Positions 47,101 to 59,301 of a stretch of 64,000 bases of DNA are shown piece by piece. A program made the position numbers and the translations under genes. Each line of letters begins with the position of its first letter. Position 1 is the stretch's first letter. Location: assembly GCA_026936335.1 (NCBI GenBank), contig JAPMXV010000055.1, forward strand, positions 1 to 64,000, in the 5' to 3' direction. The stretch comes from Mantamonas sphyraenae STR306 (Eukaryota; Protista; CRuMs). A model generated the notes under the pieces. That model was given only the letters and a program-made list of their open reading frames with translations, was not told where the DNA came from and ran no database searches.

Positions 47101-50100
47101 GTGTACAGCAAAACGGACTTTGTCAGCAAGTCGCGCGGTGCTCGCCATCGTGGCGCTGGTCGGAAGCCGCAGTCACACTCGTCGTCAGCAGGCTCTTCAA
47201 CCACCGCGTCAACCTCTGGGCGCCGTCGCATGCAGGGTGCTTCCCGCAGTCCGCGGCAAATTGCCATGTACGCCACCAAAGTGTTGCTCAACCGCATCGA
47301 CGGCTTCTTTTCCCGCGGCTACAACACGCTGCGAGACAACACCAAGGGCAAGATGGGGCCGCTGGAGTCCATCTCCGCGGCATCTTTCACCGTGTCCAAC
47401 GTGTTGGTGTATGTGGCCGTGCTCTCATCGTCCAAGGGTCGCTTGGACGAGGCACATCGCCGCTTCCAAGGCATCCCGCACGACATGATGTTCCCAGGCA
47501 TGCCACGTGGCATGCCCATTGCCCTCTATCTGAGCATGCACAAAATCCACCTGGAACTGAAGCTGGAAGATAAGAAGGACCACCACGAAAAGAACGCCGT
47601 GTTGGCGGGGCTGGAGCACCTTGCCATGCATGGGGCGTTTGAGTGCCCACAAATCCTGTTGGGCATGGTGGGCATCTGGTCGCTGCACATCAACAACTTT
47701 ATGGAGGTTTTTGGTCGCTTCACAGCTGTGAGCGAGCGCAATCTGGAAGCTGTGCAGGACATGCCCAATCAGCTGGACGAAGAACTGCCCGACGCATCCA
47801 TCAACCACTTTGAAGGTTCTTCTACGCTGTCGGAGCAATCGGTGGAAGTCAAACGCCTGCGCAAGCAGTTCCAGCAAATGAGCACGAGACAGATGGCCAG
47901 CTTCAAAGCCAGCCTGACCCAGGCCAACATGATGGATGATATCCAACGTGCGCACGCGGGACACGCTGCGGCTGCAAGCAACCGGTACCGCCGCACGCGC
48001 CCTGGATCGGGAAACACGACGTCGCCGGCCACGTCACTGTTCACCCCATCCCGTCGAGGCTCGGGTGCATCTCAAACATCTGTGAGCAGCAACCGCAGCG
48101 GGCGCAGCGGACGTGAAGACCGACGTGCAGACAGTGTGGCTCTGCCCGTGGCTCCGTTCTCCATGACCCACACCTTGGGGCAGCGGTCGCGTCTGGGATC
48201 GAGCATGAGCACAACGCCCACCGGCGTCACCTCGTTCTCATCACCACCCGAGAAGCCCCCGCGCGTGGATGCGAGCCATCCACACAAAGGTGTACGACAC
48301 CCGGGCATGCAGTCAGACTGGCAGAACGCACGCTTCCGGACGAGCGGCCGCTCAAACTCCACGGCTCGCAAGCCCATCCAACCCATCCCCGAACCGGGTT
48401 CGTCCACAGGCGACGATGAGGACGATGTGCGCGCAGACTTTTTCGCAGACACCAACCTCGTGCTGGATATTGCCAGCATTGCGCTGAATGTCGTCAAGAA
48501 TGGCGAGCGGTGCAACTCGTTCAGCATGGACCCAGTCCATTTGGCCACCAAAATCAAGTATCTGGCTCCCATGGCAGCTCGTCAGCGCTTGCAGGCGCTG
48601 CAAACCAGTCGATCCGCCCTGCCCGAAGACCGATTAGGTGACGACCACGCCCTGCTTGACGTCACCCTCTTTCTTCAGTTTGACAAGATTTCTGTCAACG
48701 TGACGCCGTCCCTGCTGCGCTTTGCGGAAAAGTTTCGCCGTTCTGGACAGCACACACGCGGTGTGGCCGCACCCCTGCTTGCCACCACTGCAGCCGATGA
48801 GTCGTTCGGTGCAGCGCAGCGCCCCATGTCTGTCCACCCCAACATGCAGGCTCGGTCGTCCGACTCCTCCAGCCTGGGTGCCACCGTCAGCGAATCCATG
48901 GCTCAGTCTACGGCCACCATGCTGCGCCCAGGCGACGCCGGCAATGGCACGCGTGCAAAGTCCCCCTCGCGATCGCCGCGAGGCCACCGCCGCTCATCAT
49001 CAAGCTCGGAGATCGAAGCGCACGGTGGTGCCAGGCCGTCGCTGACCAACTACAGCAACACGTTGGCTGGGAAGCGCATGCATCCCGTGCTGCTTGTGGA
49101 CACAAGCGGGTCGTCCAGCGACGATTTGGTGTCTCCGCTCAAGCCAGACTCTCCATTCTCAGCCATTGACCAGCAGCTCCACCACATCCAGACCTTCAGC
49201 GATACAGTGGCACCTGCGTTTGCCACGCAGGCCATGAAGGACGCAGAGAAGGAACGCGTCGTGGTCTTGCTCAACACCAGCGTCCAATTCCAAGAGGTGT
49301 CGGGCATTGCACGCACGTCGCGCAAGGGTGAGATTGCGCTCACTTTGGGCAACGTCATTGTTTCCTTCGACAGCTACGACGGCGTTCACCTGTCCACGTC
49401 CATTGGCGACACGGACAAAGACGCGCAGCTGCAGTCGTCGGCGGCCGCCTCGATCTCCAAGCTGCAGCTCCAGTTGTTCAAACACCGAGAAATGGGTCAT
49501 CGCAACGCCGAGTTGCGTGCATCCGACATTTTGTTTGACATGGGCATCCGAGATCTGGAGGTGCAGCACGTGTTGTACGAAGTGTTGGAAGGGGAACGCG
49601 CGCACAAGGAGACGTCGCTTGTGGTGCACCTACACACAGCGATGGATGTCAAACTGCCCTCGATGCGCCTGGCAGACTTGCAGCAGGTCACTGCGTTCTT
49701 CAACGTCTGGGCCAAGGCCATCACCCCGAGCGAAGCCAAATCGAGAGCACGCGCGCGCGTGCGTGCAAAGATGCAGCAGGAGGAGAGCGAAAGCAGTGTC
49801 GACTCGGATTCCATGTCCAGTGAGAGCCACAATACGTCCCCACACATGATGCTGCCCAAGGATGGTCGCACAGACACGTCGCTGCGTCGCCAGCTGCAAC
49901 GCCGTCAGCTCGAAAAGGCCCTGCAAATGCAGACCGATGACGTCAACGTCATTGACAGGGTCACTTCTGCCCTCCCTGGCCATGTGCACGACTATGACGA
50001 GGACGAGGAGGATCTAGAGGACGGAGACCACGAGAGTGATGAGGACGACGGTGCTGACGGCAACCCCGATGAGGACCAAGATGACATCGGAGAACAGGAC

Positions 50101-53100
50101 GTGCACGTCGATGTGCATTTCGGCACGTCGTCTTTGGAGGAGGACGAAGATGAGGAGGAAGCGACGATGGAAGGGGACGAGGTGGATGAGAACGACGAGG
50201 ACGACAACGGCGATGAAAACAAGGACAGCAGGCGACAGGGTAATCTGTTCTCGCAATGGAGCACCGGAGTGGAACGCCCGGAGCAACCGACATCACCAGG
50301 AGCAAAGTCGGATGGTAGCGCAGGTGGAAAAGGCGAGGATGACGGCGAGGCTGCATCAGACACGGCAAACGAGGACAACCTATCGACCACGCGCATGGTG
50401 TTTGACCTGCACAACGTCGAGGTGAACACGGAGCTGCTGCCATCGGTGCGCTTCCGATACGCAATCAATCGGCTTGTCAGCAAGGTGGACATGCTGGACG
50501 TGTCCACTGTGTTGGTGGACGTCGACGTTGTCCAGCACGCCTTTGTGTTTGACGACCCACAAGCAGGTGTGCACAATGACGGTGCTCGCGGTGCAACTGA
50601 AGACCACGATGACAACAGCGCACCGTCGTCGCCGCGTTCCCATCGCTCAGACAGTGGTTCCATGCACTCGGCTCGTGCGGCATCGGAGCACTCCATGGAC
50701 GGTGGATCCTCCTCGCAGCGCATGGAAGAGCGCCGCATCGAGCTTGCGCGGCTGCAGGGATCGTTTGTGCTCGACAGCATCCGCAGGGAGCTGGAAGCGT
50801 CGCTTATGCTCGGTTACATGCAGAATGTGATCAACGCAGAGCTGTTTGACAACCTTCTCACGCTTCAAGCGAAGCTGAAGCACGAGGTGAACGACCTGTT
50901 GGAGGAGGGACTGACGCTCGCTGAATGGGACACGAGCGGAGCGTTCACGCTGAACACATCCACCTCCAGCACCCAACAGCGCGGCGATGGCCACGGCTCG
51001 TCCAGTGGACAGGGTGGTGCCGCAGCAGCGGGTGCAGGTGGCCCAGAGGCCGGCAACGATAGCACGGCGGCTTCCAACACTCGCCCCATGCGACTGTCCA
51101 TGCGATTTGCCATGCAGGGCATCCAATTGTTTGTGCAGAGCCATATGACGCAGATTGTCTTCAACTCGGGTGCAGTGAATGTGCTCGTGTTCTCACGGGC
51201 CAACAAAGAGTCCGAGTACATCTGGAAGGGCGAACTGGGCGGCCTCTCCGTGGACGTGGGCCCCATCCCGGGTTCCAAGCTGGACCAGGACACAAGCAGT
51301 GTTTTGGGCTCGGCTGTGTCGGCGGACGACGAGATGATGAGTCAGGCATCAGGTGGAAGCGGAGGTGGCGGTGGGGGCAAGCAACGGCGCCGCTCCGGGG
51401 GCTACAAGCGCAGCATGCGAGGATCAGGAGGAGAAGGCCAGCTGCCCAGCCCTCGGTATGCTCGCATGGCGCGTGCCGAGCAGTATGCCAGTGAAGGGTC
51501 GACAGGATACCGGAGTAGCGGTGGTGGCGGAAGTCGCCACGGATCGGCAAGGTTTGATGGTGTGTGGCCGGGCAACGGAGCACAGGCATATGGTGTGCGC
51601 CGCGACTTGTACGAAGAGGCGTCTGGATATCGGCTGTCTGTGTCGCCGCAACCGAGCGTAAGCTCGATGGCGAGTGCATTCAGCTATGGTTCGGTGGGCG
51701 TCGGGACGTCGGGATCCAAGGACCCGCTGCGCTCCACGGTGCAGGAGGTGTACCAAGGCCGTACGTCCCTGCTCAAGACCACACTCACGGTGCAGAACTA
51801 CCCGTTTAGCAAGCGTAGCACGCGGGAAATTGCTTTCATGCGAGACGAATTTGACGACATGGACGATGAGGCCATCGAATTGTCGTCCAACGGTATCAAC
51901 CTGTGGTTGGGTATGGACGATACGGACGTGATCATCCGGCCGTCGTTCTCCACCCTGGTCAAAGGCATGATGGCACACTTTGAGCAGAACTACGAACGAC
52001 TGCGCGCGAAGCATCAGGCGCTTGACATCGATAGCACCATTGCACGCCACCACCACCACCACCACCACCACCATCACCACCACCATCACAACCGCCATCG
52101 CCGCAGCAGTGACTACGACGGCGGTACACCGCGTGGATCGTCCAGCGTGCACAGCGGATCGGTTCGATCGCACTCGCCGACGGGCTCTATGTACAGCGAG
52201 GAGTCGCTGTCGACGGTGGATTCACCCGAGGGGGGTCCCACTGACACCCCGATGAAGCGAGTGCTGGACAATCTGGACCTGCCTGGCCAGTTCAACGCCC
52301 GGCAGCCCATCATCAAGAATTCGTCAATCAACCTGAAGATGAGTGATACCAGCATCTGGATGCCGTCCAAGGTGAGCGAAGACGGCGAAACGCTGAGCAT
52401 CACCGACACCGCGCTGATGGTGTCTCTGGAGCGCGTGCTGCTGTTTGCTCGGGCAGAGGGGTCCGACGCCACTGCCGATTCGCAGTTGATGAACATGCGC
52501 TCACATGCTGAGCTGTACGACCTCGTGTTCAATGTTTTTGACGGAAGCGACCTGATTGTGGGCCAAGACCAGACGTTCCGGCACAAGCACATGCAGCACG
52601 GCCAGATGAAGGTGGCGCACGCTCAAGCTCAGGTGTACATGCTCAACAAGGCCTCGCAAGGTGAAAAGGGATACCAGTACTTTGTGAGCGCAGACTGCGA
52701 AGGACCACAGCTGGACTTTGCGTCGGATATCATGAGCCAGAGCATGGTGTTCCGTCGCTCGTGGCTTGGAGAGACCAGGGTGGTGAAGCAATCGACCAGC
52801 AGCTCGGGATCTGTGGCCGAAACAGAGACCGCAGGTCCAAGCGGCGGCCACACCGAAACGCAGGAAGATCTGGAGGACCAGGGAAGCATGGAACTGGATG
52901 TGATCATCACAATCAAGTCTGGTCAGTGTCGCTTGCGCCGACTGGGCTACGATTCGACGATGGCGTCGCAGAGCTCGCATGGATCTGGCCGCAGCAACAA
53001 ACAACGTGGTGGCCGCGTCAACACGGGGGGAGGACCGGGCTCGGCATGGCATGCAGCAGGTGCGTCTGAGCACAGGCATGCGAGTGCACACGGGGCTTTC

Positions 53101-55488
53101 AGCTTCCTGCTGCCGGGCATGCAGTCGAACATCAAGTACGAGTCGTTGGTGCACTCGATTGAAGACGAACAAGGCAACGTGGCCTTTGCGCGAGAGGAGC
53201 GCACATATGCTCACGTGTTGGTGGAGGAATTTCACATCAAGCTGTCGCCAGTGGTGTTGGATTTCTTGGAGGAGGTGTCGGACATGACAACCGCCAGCAG
53301 TGCGGTGACGCCTGTGTACGTGGGCAATCCGCACGTGCAGGAGAGTCCCTCGCAGATGCAACACACAGACGTGAATCCAAGCAACTCGATCAAGGTGACA
53401 CTGCACGCATCCAACTCGAGCATTGCCCTGGGATGCCAAGGCGAAGGCGAGAGCAGCGGCGTGTTGCTCAAGCTGGACTACGACGACATCGACGTGTACT
53501 ACAGCACGGCATCGCTGAAGCGGCGCAGCAGGACCAAAGGTGTGCAGCGCATCCATTTGCCGGCCATCATTGCAGCTGGGGCGGAGAATGTGGCGCTGTC
53601 CCTGAGCAACGAACGCACGGGCTCGGAGACGATGCGCTTCTCCATCGAGCGTGTGGAGTACAACTACAGCCTGTCGACAGGCTTCCTTGGCAAGGCGCAC
53701 CTTGAGCCGCATCTTACGTGTGTGGACAAGATGCGCCTGTGGCTGAATCTGCGCGACCTGCGCGATGTGGCCACGCTGCAGAAGCAGTGGATGGAACACC
53801 CGTACGCCACAGGGGACGCGATGCACGGCTCAACTAGTGGTTCGACATCCGGCAATAGTGCTCATGGAGGCGGCCGATACGTGTCCACGGGCTCGGGAGG
53901 CATGGGAGGATCGGGCGGTGGACTTGCAGGTGGCGAGGGACGACAGCATGAGTACTGGTGTCTGTATGCCAAGTTCCGCGAGATGACGGCGTTTGTGGAC
54001 CTGGGCCCAGACATCGGCACCATGAAGTTTACGACACGCCGCCTGCATGTGAACACAGGCGTACCGAGGCGATGGAAGCGCACGGAGGAGCTGTTGTTCC
54101 TGACTCTGACGTCGGACACGCACGTACCATCGCAGCTGGACTTTGACGGCGCACTCAAGGGGTCGATCCAGCTTGGAAAGTTGATGTTCCAGGGGTCCAT
54201 TGTGAGCTCGCAGTACCAGAACGTACAGCTGAAGAAGTTGTTTGTTTGCGTGCAGCCCAGCAACATGGACCTGGAGTACAAGTTCAACCAGATTGTGGCT
54301 GCGGATCTGGGCTTCATCCAGGCCTGGTTTGAAGATACCGAGGACAGCGAAGAGTTTGAAAACGATCTGCTCGCAGTCGGAGGATACGTGGTCATCCAGC
54401 GTGCTACCACGCAGGTGTCCACCCATGCCATCTCTGCCGCAATGGAGATTTCCGGTCATATGGTGAGTCTACTGAGCGGATTATACCACAGCGGGACCAC
54501 CAGTGGACCCGTTGGTGCGATGGGGGCGTCGTCCAAGGCCACGAGCTCGTCATCGTCGTCCTCGTCATCTTCTTCGTCAAAGAAGGGTGCAGCATCGTTG
54601 ACAACGCCGACATCGGCCGGTTCAACGGACTCGTTCCATCTTTCGGTACCGCGCAACAACAATGGCGGCGGGTCGGCGGGCAAGAAAAAGAGCAGCCGCC
54701 GCAAGCGACGCACACAGAGCAACGTGATTGGCAAGGACGGACAGGTGATTCCTGTGGGAGAAATCACCATCGAGGGCTACGATTGGAATCTGTCGCTGTT
54801 TACAGGGCCACGCGGATTCAAGGAGCACGATTGGGCACACATTGTGCTGCACTCGTTCGAGTTCAACCTGCAGCAAAAGGTGGAGTACGACACGGTGGGA
54901 CGCTGGCTCAAGGCTCTGTTGGGCCCGTGCTACGTGTACCAAATCAGTGAAAGCAAATCGAGCAAACGCAACTTTGCGGAACGGCTCGAGGACGCAAGCT
55001 ACTCACGGATCTTCCGCGTGCCGGATTCGATGTTTCGCATGTACTCTACGCAGATGGTGGACTCGTACGCCGTCCAGAGCGAGTTTTCGTCTGTGTTTGA
55101 TGGACCCATCGACGTGTCGCTGGATCCGCGACTGTACTCGTACCTGCGCGACACGTTTGCACGCTTTGCAGACGACTATGCGTCGTTCACGTCGCAGCTG
55201 GCCAAGAACAAGGAACTGGCAAAGAAGTACGGCGCACGGTTCAGCAACCTGGCGCCGTCTGCTCGTTCCAGCAGCAACGACCACAGCGAGGAGCAGAATG
55301 ACCCACGCGAGTTTGAGATTCTGCTGTTTGAGATGGAGCCGCAGCTGAACGTGGCTGGAGACTGGACACCCCCCGTGGGCAAGGTTCTTGGCTGGCTGGG
55401 AATCCAAGACCCGCCGGCGACAATCACGTCTGGCTTCCACGTCGGCGTGGTGGACAATCTGGAGAGCATTCTTCGCGGAGCGAGTTGA
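41189..55488 (+). CDS. BLTP1: Bridge-like lipid transfer protein KIAA1109/BLTP1/Csf1/Tweek, ~4650 aa; introns 41373-41448, 41602-41703, 41836-41927, 42259-42341
   Basis: N-terminal TM helix, LLGGRLLIRGLSY, VTFRWW, YGPWTDRQR, YPRQWN, C-terminal EPQL...LGWLG...GVVDNLESIL. Confidence 0.88.
52048..52089 (+). repeat. (CAC/CAT) trinucleotide tract encoding poly-His
   Basis: Direct observation. Confidence 0.9.
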
Positions 55489-55594
55489 GTGCGATTGTGA
55501 ATGATTGTGGGGAAGATTGAGAACAAAAGAGTTTTGTTGTTGGACGGAGGGCACGCGTTTTCTGCTTGGATGCAATGTGATCGTTGCAACACAA

Positions 55595-58324
55595 TCATCG
55601 CTTGTTGGTCTTGCCCAGCCTCCTCTTGCCCTGCAAGAGATAGGACGGGTTGGGCGTGTAGTAGCTGCGGTCAGCCTCACCCGCCTGGCCACGCCTGTAC
55701 ATGTCGCGGTTGGCCTTGCGGCGCATGCTGTCGGCACGCTTCTCGTCGCTCTCGGACAGCTGGGAACGAGAGCGCGAACCGGAGCGCGAGTTGCGCGACA
55801 CCGAGCGAGACTCGGACACGTCTTCGGACCGAGCGCGCTTGCGGCTGTTCTTCTTGCCTCGGCTGCGTCCTCGCTGGTGCTCGTCCACATCCACTTCATA
55901 CTCCTCGCCGTCTTCGACGTCCATCCCTCGCTGTTTGCGCTGTTTCTTGGCCGCTGTGCGCGACTTGCTGCGAGCACGCATGGCGCCTGCATCCACGCCA
56001 CGCTCCTCCAGGTTTGCTTCCAGGTCACGAGCCGTCGATTTTGAGCGACCACGGGTCTGTGTGCGCGGGGCCACCTTCTTGTTGCCTCGCTTCTTCATGT
56101 GGCGCTCAAACACAAGGTTGTCGATTTTCTCTTCCTCCGCTGCCAGCAGAGCCAGCTCGTGTTCGTCGAGCTCCTCGTCATCGATCTCCTCGCGGTTGAG
56201 TTCGTACAGCTGCGACTCGCGCTCCTCCTCGTCCTCCAGCTGCTCCAGGTTGTCCCAGACGTCGACGTCGACGAAATCGGCGATGTTCTTGCCGTTCTTG
56301 ATGTGCGGGATGGTGTCATACTTCCACTCGTCGTTCTTCAGATCGTACAGGGCTTGGTCGTCAAACACAAACACGCCGGGGCCTCCGTTTTCGCGCTCCA
56401 GGTCGCGTGCCAGCTTGCGTACGTCTTCCATGTCCGTGTCGGCGAAGCGAGACGAGGAGAGCAGGGCGCCGTTGCCTCCCGACCAGTAGCCCTTGGAGCT
56501 GGGAGCCTTGTACGGCTGGATGCCTCCGCCAATGGAGGAAGAGGATGACTGGGTTGCGTTCTCAGCGCCGTCCTCCTCATCATCGTTCTCCACACGCTGC
56601 TTCTTCGTCTTCTTGCCGTGCGGGATGACGGGTGGGCGGTCGATGTCGTCGCGGGTGGCCGGTTGCGACACGTAGAGGCGGTTGACGATGCCCACGCTGC
56701 GCTTGCTGCGCGACTTTTTGTCGACACGCTGCGCAAGGAGGGTCTCGCACGCAGTTTCGACAACCTCACGCAGGCCCTCGCCTGTCTCTGTGCTCATGAA
56801 CATGAGATCGATGTTGTTTTCGTCGGCAAGGTCCTGGATGGCACGCTGGTCCTTGGCGGGCAGGTCGTCGAAGCGGACGACGTCGATTTTGTTGCAGGCG
56901 AGGTACAGGGGCTTGTTGACAAACAGGGGCTTGATGTCGTTGAACAGTTGAATCTGTTGCTCGATGGTGTACTGGCACTGCTCGGAAATGTCGATGATAA
57001 AGACAATGGCGCTCTGGAGATGGGCGAGGGCAGTGATGGTCTGCATCTCAATGATGTTGCGCTGGTCGAGCTCGTGGTCAAGCAGACCGGGCGTGTCCAA
57101 CATCTGCCACTTGAGGCCTTCGTACTCGAGATGGCCCACAAGGAGGCTCTTGGTGGAGAACGGGTAGGGCTGGACGTCGACCTTGGCGTTGGTGACGTTG
57201 TTGATCATGGTGGACTTGCCCACGTTGGGGAAGCCCGTGAGGACAATGGTACGTGTGGTGGGGTCGATGGACGGGAAACGAGCGAGATGCTGGCGCACGT
57301 CGTCGAGGTAGGCAAGGTTGAACTTTTGCTTGCGCATCACAGTCACCATGCGGCCCAACGCAGCTCGCTTGAGCTGCTTGCAGCGGTACAGAGAGTCACC
57401 AAACTTGAGCATTTTGACAAAGTCGTTGGCGACATTGTCGATGAAGGAGCGACAGGTGTGCAGCTGGCCCAGGGCGAGCTTGTAATGGTCGCGGTCGTAG
57501 AGGACGTTCATCAGGTCGGCGTAGAAGGGATGGATCTCGTCGAGGCGAGGGAACTCATCCAGGATACGGGTCAGACGGTCGTGGAATGTCTGTGCGGTGT
57601 ACTTGACTTTCATCATGTAGAAGCTTTTGATGCGAGAGATAGCATACCCCTTGTGGATGACGGTGGGTGTGCGGCGCTGCGTGCCGCTCAGCACAATGTC
57701 CACAAATTGGTCTGCGGGGGGCACAGGCTGTGATCCGTGGGATGGCCAAACGGTGGGGTGTGTTTTGTGGACCATGAAAGGACGGCCACGAGGTGGGAGA
57801 ACGTGTGAGAGACGGAGGCCGGACGGGATTTCGAAGAAGGGCCAGGCAAACGGCAAAAGGGCCATGGGGCGAGGCAGAGACACGGCTGGGTACACATGTG
57901 CACGCTCAATGGGTGGCCATGCAGCGATGGGTCGTGTGGCATTGCGTCAAGCACGACGTGATGCTGTGGCTGTCCCAGGGTGGGCGAGCGCGGTCGGACA
58001 TGCGTTCTGCATGCCCGGATTTTTCGCTGGTGCCCCTTGCCCACGGCGACGGGCGCCGTAGCAGACGGTCCGACGCCTGATGGGTACGCAGATGGGTGTG
58101 TCGCCTGCCCCACGGGTAGCTGTGGCGTGTACGATGTCCAGTCCCTCACGCAGATGGGTGGTTTGGATGTGGTGGGGGCTGGCAGGTCGAGTGTGGCGCC
58201 TACAAGCTCGGACCAACACGCCCATGGCCGCGTGTGTGCAGCAGAACAAAGGGAGAAAGGAGGGGAGAAGAGGAAAGTGGGCGTGTGCAAAACGTACGGC
58301 AATCTCTTTGAAGCGGTAAGCCAT
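55595..58324 (-). CDS. NOG1: Nucleolar GTP-binding protein 1; exon 1 58324-58298, intron 57728-58297
   Basis: MAYRFKEIA|PVPPADQFVDIVLSGTQRRTPT, GFPNVGKS, DTPG, NKID, GKRRLGKTNKR. Confidence 0.96.
57914..58229 (-). ncRNA. Candidate structured intronic RNA in NOG1 intron 1, family unidentified
   Basis: Nested complementary arms, several hairpins and a 13-nt direct repeat found by eye; host intron is unusually long (570 nt). Confidence 0.45.
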
Positions 58325-58370
58325 GGTTGGAGATTTGGTTGTGTGGGCGCGTCACACTGCCAAACCGAAC

Positions 58371-59221
58371 ATGACCAGCGCCTTTGTGCCGACGCGAGAT
58401 GGGAACGAACCGCCACCGCCGCCGGCATGGTTCACACGAGGCGGGAAACTGGCTGTGTATGGAGCAGGGCTTGGGATGGTGTCTGGGGGCGTGGGTGCAT
58501 ACATGGGCTTCATGGATGCGCTGAGGAAGGGGGAGTTGACCACAAAGCAATTGATTGAACAGAGCGAAGAGCGCATTGGCAAGGAGGCGACTCAGCGCAT
58601 CCTGGCCAGTGGTAAAGGCGGCAAGTATGCGCAGGGTGGGCAGGGTCGCATTGTGTACAGAGCCATCATGGCGCGCCTGGGACCCAGTGCAGCCAAGGGG
58701 GGTGCCAAGCTGGGCTTGTTGGCAGGCGGCTACGGGGCCTTGACTGAACTTGTGGGCGAGGCAAGAGGCACGCGAGATCCACTCAATGGTGCTGTGGCCG
58801 GGGCGGTTGTCATGGCTGTGTATTCTGCACCAGGTAGGTAGCAATCGCTTGGCAGGTGTGCTTGCCGAGCATGTTTCCCGAACTGACACGCGCACGCTCT
58901 ACATGCACTCACACAGGTGGTCTGCGCACCAGCGTGGAAGGAGCAGGGGCAGGTTTGGTTTTGGGTGCTGCCTTTTGCATGGTGAGCACCCTACTCAGCA
59001 AGGTGGACGATTTTACGAACGAAGCGTTGGGCAAACCGGCCGTGCCGCCGCCGCCGCCACAACCCACACCGGAAGAGATGGCGCAGCAGAAGCAAAGGGA
59101 ACTGGCGGGACTTCGCATGAAGCTGGAACACAACGATAGCGTGTTTGAACGCCTGAGCAGCGGCGGGAGCGACAGCAGCGGCAAGGAGGGACCACAGGAT
59201 GACCAAGAAAGCACAATGTGA
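58371..59221 (+). CDS. Tim17/Tim22/Tim23 family membrane protein; intron 58834-58916
   Basis: Gly-rich TM segments and ELVGEARGTRDPLNGAVAGAV. Confidence 0.8.
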
Positions 59222-59301
59222 ACACAACGTGAATGGGGAAGCCTTGTTGATCCCCCACACTCTCTGTCGTCTTTGTTCCAGGGTGTGGATGCCCTATCGG
59301 C

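Noticed and set aside
3932-54580. Recurrent poly-Ser tracts as a shared functional motif
   Set aside because: Best explained by TCC/TCG slippage under the local base skew; the codon used changes with the skew
57914-58229. NOG1 intron element as a TPP riboswitch, SRP RNA, RNase P/MRP RNA or telomerase RNA
   Set aside because: Only fragmentary resemblances (ACCAGCGAAA, GAGCTTGTA). The required CTGAGA, helix-8, CR-V and CTAACCCT template motifs are absent.
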